Assembly: GCA_043753995.1 (NCBI GenBank)
Contig: JAYUVP010000345.1
Location: forward strand, 1 to 26,906
DNA: 26,906 nt
From: Fibrobacterota bacterium
GTDB taxonomy: Bacteria; Fibrobacterota; Fibrobacteria; UBA11236
Reading direction: 5' to 3'
The notes below the pieces were generated by a model. It did not search any database. It was given only the letters and a program-made list of their open reading frames with translations, and was not told the DNA's origin. The translations under genes and the position numbers were made by a program. How positions within the stretch are numbered: position 1 is the stretch's first letter; every line of letters begins with the position of its first letter. This document shows positions 1 to 8,049 of this stretch, one piece after another.

Positions 1-246
1 CGGAAAAAACGATTTGAATTCTTGATAAAGCTGGGCCGCCAGGGTTTTGTTATGCGACATCACCAAGGTTTTGCGGCCAAGACGTTGTATCACATTGGCC
101 ATGGTAAAGGTCTTGCCCGACCCCGTCACTCCCAGCAAGGTTTGGGCGGCGGTACCCGCCTCGAATTCCTCGACGAGTCGCTCAATGGCTTTTGGCTGAT
201 CGCCCGCAGGGGCATACGGTGCTTCGAGTTGAAAACGAGCTTGCAT
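1..246 (-). CDS. uvrB: Excinuclease ABC subunit UvrB, N-terminal 82 aa (continues off the left edge)
   Basis: Manual translation of the reverse complement from ATG at 246: [82 protein letters not shown]. It contains the diagnostic UvrB motifs PAGDQPxAI, Walker [11 protein letters not shown] and [10 protein letters not shown]. Confidence 0.98.
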   Translation of the reverse strand, partial: MQARFQLEAPYAPAGDQPKAIERLVEEFEAGTAAQTLLGVTGSGKTFTMANVIQRLGRKTLVMSHNKTLAAQLYQEFKSFFP

Positions 247-253
247 GCCAGGA

Positions 254-259
254 AGAATA
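254..259 (-). promoter_or_regulatory. Candidate -10 box (TATTCT) 7 nt upstream of the uvrB ATG
   Basis: Minus strand reads ggtTATTCTtcctggcATG; no Shine-Dalgarno sequence is present. Confidence 0.4.
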
Positions 260-379
260 ACCGCCCGAACGCAGGGAACAAACCCAGGAAGGAAGGCGGG
301 CGTGCAGGCGGAGCGGCTTCGCCTCTAATGACGAATGCCGGCGCCGCTAAAAAAAGGTTGAATTTACGGAGTTAAACGA

Positions 380-1150
380 TCAGAGCTGGGCGAGCAAACG
401 CAAAGCGTCGGCGCCTTCGCGGCTTTCAGGATAGATGCGGGTCAGCTTTTCGGCGGTGGCCTTGGCTTTAGCATTATCCTTGAGTTCGCGATAGCAGAGG
501 GTCAATTTCCAAAGAGCATTGGCGACCACAGGCGAGGGATCGGCCACTTCTTTGCCAGCCACTTTTTCCTCGGGGGAGCCGGTGCGGTTTCCGAATTCCT
601 TGGCGAAACGCTCCAGGATTTCCGAAGCCTTGGCATAATCCTTCTTTTCCATATAGCTGGCGGCCAGGCCATGCATGGCACCCGAAGCAATCAGGGGATG
701 GCGCGAGGCGCTCACATGGACGGCCTGATAGGCTTTGGCGGCTTCATCGAAACGGCCTTGACCAAAACGAATCTTGCCTAAAAGCAAATTGGCCTTGGCC
801 TCGGCGATTCCGCCGGGACCTTCATTCAACAAATTCACCAAGGCCGTGGCAGCCGAATCCGGTTTCTCTTGGGTGAGAAAAACATAGGCTTGGCCTAATT
901 TGCGATTCGACGTTTGCTGCGATTTTTCGCTATAGCCGCGCCAGCCGAACCAGCCCAATAGGACGACGACAGCTACCGCAGCGGCTATGCCCGCCTGCTT
1001 GCCATATTGCGGCACGAAGACATCGACAAACCACTCGGTTAAACGGTCTTCTTGCACCACCTCGCCATCGGGGCCGGGCTTGGGTGCCGGCGTGGCATCC
1101 CCAGACGCGGCTAGGGACTTTTTGGTGGGGCTTTTGGTTTTCTCGCTCAT
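380..1150 (-). CDS. Single-pass membrane TPR protein (YfgM-like architecture, CpoB-like C-terminal TPR)
   Basis: The likely start is ATG 1150 (MSEKTK), not the track's 1234. A charged N-tail is followed by a TM helix AGIAAAVAVVVLLGWFGW and TPR helices (AKANLLLGKIRFGQGRFDEAAKAY; AMHGLAASYMEKKDYAKASEILERF; NALWKLTLCYRELKDNAKAKATAEKLTRIYPES). Confidence 0.75.
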   Translation of the reverse strand: MSEKTKSPTKKSLAASGDATPAPKPGPDGEVVQEDRLTEWFVDVFVPQYGKQAGIAAAVAVVVLLGWFGWRGYSEKSQQTSNRKLGQAYVFLTQEKPDSAATALVNLLNEGPGGIAEAKANLLLGKIRFGQGRFDEAAKAYQAVHVSASRHPLIASGAMHGLAASYMEKKDYAKASEILERFAKEFGNRTGSPEEKVAGKEVADPSPVVANALWKLTLCYRELKDNAKAKATAEKLTRIYPESREGADALRLLAQL

Positions 1151-1235
1151 GGAGGCATGTCTTTCGTCAGGGAAGGGGAAAATTAGCAGGGGAATGACTG
1201 GGCGGCAATTCCTGAGAGGCATTATTGAGTCCAAG

Positions 1236-1244
1236 TGGTATAAT
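1236..1244 (+). promoter_or_regulatory. Extended -10 promoter TGnTATAAT
   Basis: TGGTATAAT at 1236-1244 is a perfect sigma70 extended -10 consensus, 9 nt upstream of ATG 1254, in a divergent intergenic region. Confidence 0.65.
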
Positions 1245-1253
1245 CGGCGTTAA

Positions 1254-2711
1254 ATGGATGCCCTTCCCAGCACCTCGCCCGCCGAAAATTTGACTGAAGC
1301 CGCCATACTTTCCCAAGAACTGTTCCTGAGCGCCATGGTTCAGGAGGTGACCAGGGTCATGCTCACGGCAGAAAACCTACCTCGAACCCTCCATACCTTT
1401 TTACTTGGCATTGCCGAAATCGCGGGACAAAGGCCTATGGCCTTATTTCGGATAGAGGGTGGCCAATTGACTTTGGAAACCCATTTCGGTCCTCAATTGC
1501 GGAAGCGATTGAAGGATTTTCACCCTTCCCCTCAATTCGGTCGCCTGGCCGAATGTTTGCGGAGCGGCCATCATATTTGGGTGGAAAGACAAGATGCGGG
1601 CGATCCCTTTATCGCCTTGGGGTCGGGCGGCTATTTGCTTTTGCCCTTAGTGGTGGGTGGCGTGACCTCGGGACGCGAATCGGCGCGGCGCAATCTTGCT
1701 GTCCTTTGGCTCGACACCAGCGGGGAAACGCCCCCGCTGACGGGACAAGCCCTTTCCTATGTGCTCAGCCTGTCCCAGTTGGCGGCATTGCGCGTGGAAA
1801 ACTTCCGCGTTCACCGCGAAGTGCAGAAAGCCAATCAAGGCTTGCAAAAAGCCAATGGTAAGCTGGAATTAGCCAATCACCGCTTGCATCTCGCCCAGAG
1901 ACGCATCGATGAAGACCTCAATCGCGCCCGCGCCATTCAAGGCTCGCTTTTGCCAAGTCAATTGCCACGCGAGCGATATCGAGACCTCGCCTCGCGCTAT
2001 ATCCCGGCGGGCAAGGTGGGCGGGGATTACTGGGATTGCTTCGAATTGCCTGAGGGAAAGCTGGGTCTAGTCATTGCCGATGTGAGCGGTCACGGAATTT
2101 CCGCGGCCCTGGTCATGACCATGTTCAAGGTCTTACTCAAGACCTTTGCCAATTCCATTGAATCCCCTTCGCAAGTGCTGCGGCGAGTGAATGACACCTT
2201 TCTCAGCGAGATTTCCCAAGGCAGACATTTCGTGACGGCTTTTTACGGCGTTTATGATATCGCTTCACGGCGACTCACCTGGACCAATGCCGGCCATATC
2301 GCTCAAATCGCGACCTTGCCTTTGGAAGCCACGGGCATGGCCACCGGGATAGATAAACCGGATCAAGTCGAGTCCTGGGATTTGGCCAAACCCTTGGCCC
2401 AGCTCACCTCGGTGGGCTTGGTGCTCGGCGTTTTCAATGAGACCTTAATCAAGGATAAAGTCCTCGATTTGCCCCAGGGCAGCCGCCTTTTGCTCTTCAC
2501 CGACGGGATTGTCGAAGCCCATGATCCCAAGGGTAAGATGTTCGGCCCCGCCCGTATGAACGAATTGGCCCTCGCCATGCGCGGCCGCAGCGCCGAGGAA
2601 TTAGCCACCCTCATCATGCAGACTTGGCGTCAGCATCAGGGACCCCAAATCAAGGGAGAAGAGCCCGACGAGGCCGCCGATGACGCGACCCTGGTTATTC
2701 TTGATCTGTGA
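1254..2711 (+). CDS. PP2C-family (SpoIIE/RsbU-like) Ser/Thr phosphatase with N-terminal GAF-like domain and coiled coil
   Basis: Complete PP2C motifs: VGGDYWDCF, IADVSGHGISAAL, NAGH, LLFTDGIVEA, DDATLVIL. Coiled-coil linker (VQKANQGLQKANGKLELAN...ARAIQGSLLP). GAF-like LLLPLVVGG...LAVLWLD segment. Confidence 0.92.
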   Translation: MDALPSTSPAENLTEAAILSQELFLSAMVQEVTRVMLTAENLPRTLHTFLLGIAEIAGQRPMALFRIEGGQLTLETHFGPQLRKRLKDFHPSPQFGRLAECLRSGHHIWVERQDAGDPFIALGSGGYLLLPLVVGGVTSGRESARRNLAVLWLDTSGETPPLTGQALSYVLSLSQLAALRVENFRVHREVQKANQGLQKANGKLELANHRLHLAQRRIDEDLNRARAIQGSLLPSQLPRERYRDLASRYIPAGKVGGDYWDCFELPEGKLGLVIADVSGHGISAALVMTMFKVLLKTFANSIESPSQVLRRVNDTFLSEISQGRHFVTAFYGVYDIASRRLTWTNAGHIAQIATLPLEATGMATGIDKPDQVESWDLAKPLAQLTSVGLVLGVFNETLIKDKVLDLPQGSRLLLFTDGIVEAHDPKGKMFGPARMNELALAMRGRSAEELATLIMQTWRQHQGPQIKGEEPDEAADDATLVILDL

Positions 2712-3493
2712 GCGCCTCCCTAGGTTTTCAGCCCGCCTTCTCTGATTTGCCTCAATTCAAAGCGGGCTTCACCACCCGCGAGGGTGGGCTTTCCACGTCT
2801 CCTTTCGACTCTCGTAACCTTGGTTTTTTCGCTGGCGACGCCCCGGAAACGGTCGCGAACAATTGGCGAAAAACCCTGGCGGATGCCGGGCTCGTAGGAA
2901 GACCCCTGGCCTTGCCGCGCTTGGTGCATGGCACCGATCTTGTCGTTTTGCCCTCGCCCCAAACCTGCGAAATGAAAGAGCAAGGCGGTTTGCTTCGGCA
3001 TGCGCCATCGGATTGCGATGCTGTCGCGAGTCGAAACCGGGAATGGGTTTTGGCCGTAACCATGGCAGATTGCCTCGCCATTTTGCTCGCCGATCCAGCC
3101 ACCGGGCTTATCGGGGCCGTGCATGCAGGGTGGCGCGGCACCCGCGATGGTATTCTAGAGGTTACCCTACGCCGATTATTCGACCAGGGGGAGGCCTATC
3201 CAGAAAGCTTGCGATTGGCCATGGGACCGGCCCTGTCTGCACCGCGACTAGGCCTGGGAGCGGAAGTCACCTCGGGCATGGAATCGCGCTATCTCCAGCC
3301 CTTGACTGAGGCAGGAGGCCTGGGCCTGGACATGCGATCCTGGAATCGCGACCAAGCCCTGGCCTGCGGAGTAGCCGAAGCTCACATGGAACAATGGCCT
3401 CTTTGCACCTATGACAACCCGGATTTGTTTTTCAGCTATCGCCGCGACGGTGCCCGCAGCGGTCGCATGGCTGCCTTCATCGCTTGGGCCTAG
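2708..3493 (+). CDS. pgeF: PgeF/YfiH (LACC1/FAMIN-like purine nucleoside phosphorylase, 'polyphenol oxidase' family)
   Basis: Motifs FTTREGG.S..PF.S.NLG, LVHG, ADC, HAGWRG, LCTY, FFSYRRDG..SGRM. The GTG start overlaps the upstream TGA (GTGA). Confidence 0.92.
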   Translation: MSASLGFQPAFSDLPQFKAGFTTREGGLSTSPFDSRNLGFFAGDAPETVANNWRKTLADAGLVGRPLALPRLVHGTDLVVLPSPQTCEMKEQGGLLRHAPSDCDAVASRNREWVLAVTMADCLAILLADPATGLIGAVHAGWRGTRDGILEVTLRRLFDQGEAYPESLRLAMGPALSAPRLGLGAEVTSGMESRYLQPLTEAGGLGLDMRSWNRDQALACGVAEAHMEQWPLCTYDNPDLFFSYRRDGARSGRMAAFIAWA

Positions 3494-3596
3494 GCTAAGG
3501 GCGCCGGAGCCCTATCGATAAACGATTTGTTTTGGTTGCATCGCTCGGCGCGATTTCCTATCCTCTCCCCCGTCCCACCCCGTTATTGGAGGTTTC

Positions 3597-4370
3597 ATGC
3601 GTCAATTTCTTGTGTCTACCTTGGTCATGGCCTTTGGAGCCGTCATTCCCTCGCATGCCATATTCGGCATAGGCGGACAATGGGCGCCCGCTCCCACCTT
3701 GAGCGTCAAAGCCGCTAGCGGTGCGGTGGCCAGCCATGGCGCCGACTCCATCATTCTCAATAATGGCAAATCCGATGCGCTCAATGGTTTCGGTGTCAAG
3801 CTCTGGGTCGATTTTTTGCCCCTCGTCGATCTCGAATTCACCAGCAATGTGCAGTTCGCGACTTATAAGTCCTCCTTCCTGTTTCCAAATGGTAGCGGCG
3901 GCAATACCACGGTCCCCCTCAGCTTTGATCTCGGCTTTCCCATGGCGCCTAGCACCCCGGTCTTTGCCCGCTGGCACAATGATCTCGCCGTGCTTTATCC
4001 CTTCCTGAAATTGCCTCCTGTAGTCAATTTGGTGAAAGTCTATGGCGGCGGCGGCTTGTCCTATGGCATGGCCACCCCGGTGCTCACAGCCAGCTTCGCC
4101 AAAGAAGCCATGACCAAGGCCAAGGCCAGTGGCAAGCTCACGGAAACCTCGTCGCAAACCCAAGTTGCCGCCCTCCTCACGGATGCCGTCACCAGCGAAG
4201 ACCCCGAAATGGGCATGGGCTTTTTCCTGCAACTCGGCGCCAAGGTGAAACCGCCTGTTATTCCCTTCGCGGCCTTCGCGAATTTGAAATACCAGTTCTT
4301 CAGCTTCATGCCCAAGGCCATTGACGGCCCCGGCGTGACTCTCGAATTGGGCGGAGCTCTCGCCTTCTAA
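3597..4370 (+). CDS. Putative outer-membrane beta-barrel protein, uncharacterised
   Basis: GGAGG RBS; signal peptide ending PSHA; alternating amphipathic strands (GFGVKLWVDF, VKVYGGGGLSY, MGFFLQLGAKV, AAFANLKYQF); C-terminal strand VTLELGGALAF ending in Phe. Confidence 0.65.
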   Translation: MRQFLVSTLVMAFGAVIPSHAIFGIGGQWAPAPTLSVKAASGAVASHGADSIILNNGKSDALNGFGVKLWVDFLPLVDLEFTSNVQFATYKSSFLFPNGSGGNTTVPLSFDLGFPMAPSTPVFARWHNDLAVLYPFLKLPPVVNLVKVYGGGGLSYGMATPVLTASFAKEAMTKAKASGKLTETSSQTQVAALLTDAVTSEDPEMGMGFFLQLGAKVKPPVIPFAAFANLKYQFFSFMPKAIDGPGVTLELGGALAF

Positions 4371-4400
4371 TTTTTTTCTTCTTGTCATCACCCGCGAGGC

Positions 4401-4444
4401 GAAATAAAAAACCCACCGAGAATTCTCGGCGGGTTTTTTATTTC
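4401..4444. terminator. Bidirectional rho-independent terminator
   Basis: GAAATAAAAAACCCACCGAG-AATT-CTCGGCGGGTTTTTTATTTC: long inverted repeat (one mismatch) with A-run and T-run flanks, lying between convergent genes. Confidence 0.92.
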
Positions 4445-4471
4445 AGGGGATTCTCTGCGACGATCGGTACC

Positions 4472-5533
4472 TCAACGGGTCACTTGCGGTTCCAGCGGTC
4501 TTGCCATCAGAACATGACGTGGCAGGAATTTCACCTTACCCCGCCGCTCTAGGTGATGCAGAATGCGATCGAGCATGTCCTGATTGCAGACATAGCGGTT
4601 CAGCGATTTCGGCGTTTTGCCCCAAAGGCTAATGCGTGGCTGTTCATTCCATAGCGTTTCAATCACCCATTCAAGTTCGGGCACGGCAACGACGGCACCT
4701 TCCAAATCCTTGGCGAGGCGGGCCAGCAGGCAAGGCCCGGGTTCGATTTCATGGAGCAAGGCCGGAAACGACCACGATCGCTCCAATTCAATGCCCAAAT
4801 ATTCTTCCCAGCGCACCAAGGCCTGCAAATAGGACTCGGTGGGTATGGGCATATCGACGCAGAAATCCATCCAATGGGCATGGGCCCAAAGCTTGCGCTC
4901 GGTGGTGAGGGTCGAGAGGCCATTGGGAGACAAACGCAAGCAGGTGAGGCTACGCGAACGCAATTCATTGCCACAGTAATAAGTCGGAGGCGTTAAAAGC
5001 ACGGCCTCTTCGGCAGTCGTTCCCGCGGAGCGCAAAGGCACCCGCAAAACCTGCATATAGCCATGGTCCTTGCTCGGCCGATTGGGGGCGGTCCACCAGC
5101 TTAAATAATCCTGGGGGCTATAAAGCACTTCCTTGCCCGAGCCGAGATCGCGACCATAAAAGCGAACTTGATCGGGATGCGATCCGAGGTATTCGACCAA
5201 GGCCACCTCGGTTTCACCCAAGCGAAGGGCGAGCACTTCCTCAAGCTGGGAAGCGAAGCTCGCTTCCTTCATGTAGGTCTCGTAAAGCGAGCCTTCGGGA
5301 AAAGCGGGTTCGAAAAGGAAATAACCCAGAAAGCGGCCCTGGGTGGCGGGATAGTCCTCGTGAGGGTAACTCCAGTGATACCCACGCTCAACGCTTGAGC
5401 CCAGGAATTCCTTGCGATGGCGCTTTTCCTCGAAGCGTTCGGAACGCGAAAGCGCATAGGCCACCAGCTTGGTCCATTCGAGGCCCAGCAGATTGGCTTG
5501 CTGCGAGACGGGGAATCGATACTTTCTTTTCAC
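4472..5533 (-). CDS. Hypothetical cytoplasmic protein, 353 aa
   Basis: Long ORF filling the gap, with GTG start and AGGA 5 nt upstream, ending just before the terminator. Globular, aromatic-rich composition; no signal peptide; no family confidently recognised. Confidence 0.7.
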   Translation of the reverse strand: MKRKYRFPVSQQANLLGLEWTKLVAYALSRSERFEEKRHRKEFLGSSVERGYHWSYPHEDYPATQGRFLGYFLFEPAFPEGSLYETYMKEASFASQLEEVLALRLGETEVALVEYLGSHPDQVRFYGRDLGSGKEVLYSPQDYLSWWTAPNRPSKDHGYMQVLRVPLRSAGTTAEEAVLLTPPTYYCGNELRSRSLTCLRLSPNGLSTLTTERKLWAHAHWMDFCVDMPIPTESYLQALVRWEEYLGIELERSWSFPALLHEIEPGPCLLARLAKDLEGAVVAVPELEWVIETLWNEQPRISLWGKTPKSLNRYVCNQDMLDRILHHLERRGKVKFLPRHVLMARPLEPQVTR

Positions 5534-5750
5534 GTGTGTCCTGGGGGCTGGGGCGACCTCCAGAGACTATGGGCTGGCTAAGCACGGCGTCCATGTTGAA
5601 ACACATCGGGAAGCCCGTGTTTTGGGGCTTTGGAGGTTGGATCGAGTTTAGATAAAGTCAATTGACCCGTAGCTGAATCCATTTTGCTTTCGGTTTTACC
5701 GAATCACCGGAGTTACCTCAAATACCGACGCTTTCTCAAGAGATATTGCA

Positions 5751-7181
5751 TCAGGGTAAATAACCCCGCATGGCGATGCGCATGACGCCCTTGTCGGTTC
5801 CAATCCAAAGTGCGTCCTTGGAAAAAGCAAAGGACAAGACCTGGCTACCGGGTATGCCATCTTCCAGGCGAAAATCGGTCCACAAACCGCGTTCCAAATT
5901 CCAGGCGGTGAAGCCGCCATACCAACCGACCAGCAAATACTTGTCGATGAAGCGCAGTCGAAAGGGACGGTCGCGCTCCATCAAAACCTTGGGCATTTTC
6001 TTGCGAGGCTTCACCATGATGCGATCCCCGCTCAGCCAGAACAAGGTGCTATCGTGATAACCCACCGACCGCACTTCCTGGCCCACGGCTTCGGTCACAT
6101 CCTCACCACTCACTTCCCTGAGGGTTTTCCACTCTCCTTTGCGCGTCACGAAAAGCCCGTATTTACTGCCCGCCCACACATCGTGATCCTTTTCCGCCAG
6201 GTCGAAAATCGGGGCCGCGATTCCACCCGGCGAGCCCATGTCGACAAAGGCTCCGTCCGGACTATCGAGCCGCACGACTCCCTGTTCCGTGCCCGCATAG
6301 AGGTGGTCTTCATGCACCAACAGGCTATACACCGTGAGATCGGTGGAGCCCAGCTTGCGAAACAATTTGAATTGCGATTTCTCAGGCAAGACGCGCACCA
6401 CGCCGAGACCGGTAGCCAGCCAGACATAGCCCTTCCATGTCGTCATGGCCGCGATGGAGCCATTGGGAAAGTCGAATTCCTGTTGGGCAGGATAGGCCTT
6501 CCAATCGGTGAGATCGGTGCGGGAAACGGCCAATCCGCCATCGGCGCGCAAACCGCCGAACCAAATGCGCGACCCATCGACGTGTATGCTTTGGGCGGCT
6601 GGGTCATAAAGACCAAAAGGCAGGGGCAGGGCTTCCTTGCGGCGTCCCGACCCCAAGAAGGCACCATAGCCTTGGGTCATGACCCACAAATTGTCGTAGT
6701 CGAAAACGCGCGCCCCCTGCAAGCCCGTGCGGCGATTCCATTTGTCGCGCACGGCATCCCCCATAAAGAAATATTCGCTGCCCAAGCTGAGACCGGTTAA
6801 TTCCCCCGACTTTCCTTCGCCACCGCCGGCCACGTCCTGAGCCTTGACCGACGTCGCACGGCGAAGCGCCGGATTGTATTCATAAGACTCGCCTTCCGGC
6901 GTTGTCAGATAAAGTCGTGACTTGGCGGGCGAGAATTGAATGGATTGCAAGGCCATGCCGGGCAATAAATTGTCGACGAAGGCGCGGCGGCGATAGTCAT
7001 AGACGAGCACGCCTCCCTCGGTTCTTAAAAAGGCATTGCGATCGTCGCCCACCACTTCGACCGGGTAGCGGTGCGAACTGATGAAAAACAAATCCTGAAC
7101 TTGGAGATTGGCCCCCAGGCTAAGGAGGGGCAGGCAAAGGGGCAGGAGCAGAGGCGCGGGATTCAGCTTCATTTTGGGCAT
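5751..7181 (-). CDS. Exported beta-propeller repeat protein (two-component regulator propeller-like blades)
   Basis: Signal peptide (MKLNPAPLLLPLCLPLLSLGA; the start may be 7172). Repeated blade motifs: VWLATGLGVVRV, LYAGTEQGVVRL, VWAGSKYGLFV, DGIPGSQVLSFAFSKDALWIGTDKGVMRI. Confidence 0.8.
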   Translation of the reverse strand: MPKMKLNPAPLLLPLCLPLLSLGANLQVQDLFFISSHRYPVEVVGDDRNAFLRTEGGVLVYDYRRRAFVDNLLPGMALQSIQFSPAKSRLYLTTPEGESYEYNPALRRATSVKAQDVAGGGEGKSGELTGLSLGSEYFFMGDAVRDKWNRRTGLQGARVFDYDNLWVMTQGYGAFLGSGRRKEALPLPFGLYDPAAQSIHVDGSRIWFGGLRADGGLAVSRTDLTDWKAYPAQQEFDFPNGSIAAMTTWKGYVWLATGLGVVRVLPEKSQFKLFRKLGSTDLTVYSLLVHEDHLYAGTEQGVVRLDSPDGAFVDMGSPGGIAAPIFDLAEKDHDVWAGSKYGLFVTRKGEWKTLREVSGEDVTEAVGQEVRSVGYHDSTLFWLSGDRIMVKPRKKMPKVLMERDRPFRLRFIDKYLLVGWYGGFTAWNLERGLWTDFRLEDGIPGSQVLSFAFSKDALWIGTDKGVMRIAMRGYLP

Positions 7182-8049
7182 CCAGGGGACTCGGATTCGC
7201 CACGGGGCGGCCTAAGTCCTGGGTACCAAAATCCCTTCCTTGCAGGCGTTTGGCAAATGCACTGGTGTCCTGGGGCGAAACAAAGACCGACATGACATCG
7301 CCCATTTGGGCAGGATCGAGCCCAATTTCACCGGCCACCAATAAGGATTCTCGTAAGAGCTGCACGGCCTGCTGCCTTTGGCCCAGGGCGGCGGCGCATC
7401 CCGCCCGCTTCCAAAGCAAAATCGCAGCGCGGCCATAGCGGTGATTTTCGCGATAACCTTCAATAGCAGCAGCGAATTGGCTGTCCGCGGCGGCAAAATG
7501 CGATTGGGCCATGGCGATGTCGGCGGCCAGGGCCAAATATCCTGGTCGTAGGGCCTGGCCGTTTGCGGGAAGGTTGCGAAGCACCTGTGCGGCCACACCG
7601 CTGGTATCTCCATTCGTCCACCGCGCTTTCAGCCGATCTAATTGCAACCGGGACTTCCAGGCGGAGGGCGGGTCAAAGCTTTCGGCAGAGTCGAGCCATG
7701 CCAAGGCTTGGACGCCATCGCCAAGGGCTAAGGCCACCTGGGCGCGCTTCCAATAAACCAGGGAGGCCACTGGGCGATTGGGAGGACTTAAGGCGGCGAG
7801 GGCTTCACCCGCTTTCTGGCTTTGTCCCATTTCCAAAAGCACATCGACCCAATTACTGGTGGCCATGGCCGCCTCATCGGCATGACCTTTCAAGCGGGCC
7901 TCGCGCACGGCCCTCTCGAAAAAACTTTGCGCCAGGGCGAAATGGGCTTCTTGATAAGCTTTCACTCCGCGCAGGGAAAGTCGCGTGGCATTCTCTTCGC
8001 ACCATGCTGTGGCAGCAAGGCCCAGAAGTAGGCAGGCGAGGCGCCTCAT
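7120..8049 (-). CDS. Exported TPR/alpha-solenoid protein
   Basis: Signal peptide MRRLACLLLGLAATAWC; TPR-like helices (GVKAYQEAHFALAQSFFERA; YWKRAQVALALGDGVQALAWL; LWKRAGCAAALGQRQQAVQLL). ATGA overlap with the mlaD stop. Confidence 0.7.
   Translation of the reverse strand: MRRLACLLLGLAATAWCEENATRLSLRGVKAYQEAHFALAQSFFERAVREARLKGHADEAAMATSNWVDVLLEMGQSQKAGEALAALSPPNRPVASLVYWKRAQVALALGDGVQALAWLDSAESFDPPSAWKSRLQLDRLKARWTNGDTSGVAAQVLRNLPANGQALRPGYLALAADIAMAQSHFAAADSQFAAAIEGYRENHRYGRAAILLWKRAGCAAALGQRQQAVQLLRESLLVAGEIGLDPAQMGDVMSVFVSPQDTSAFAKRLQGRDFGTQDLGRPVANPSPLDAQNEAESRASAPAPLPAPP

Noticed and set aside
22..375. 117-aa plus-strand ORF in the track
   Set aside because: It is the antisense shadow of uvrB, which is clearly encoded on the minus strand at 1-246.
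247..379. Possible SOS/LexA box or terminator upstream of uvrB (GAAC-N5-GAAC at 267-279, GTGCA at 302-306, hairpin 306-324)
   Set aside because: No complete match to LexA boxes I know (CTGT-N8-ACAG, GAAC-N4-GTTC, GAAC-N7-GAAC). The hairpin has a mismatch on the relevant strand and no adjacent U-tract.
3558..4391. 277-aa minus-strand ORF
   Set aside because: Fully antisense to the 3597-4370 gene, which has the RBS, signal peptide and terminator; a typical GC-rich shadow ORF.
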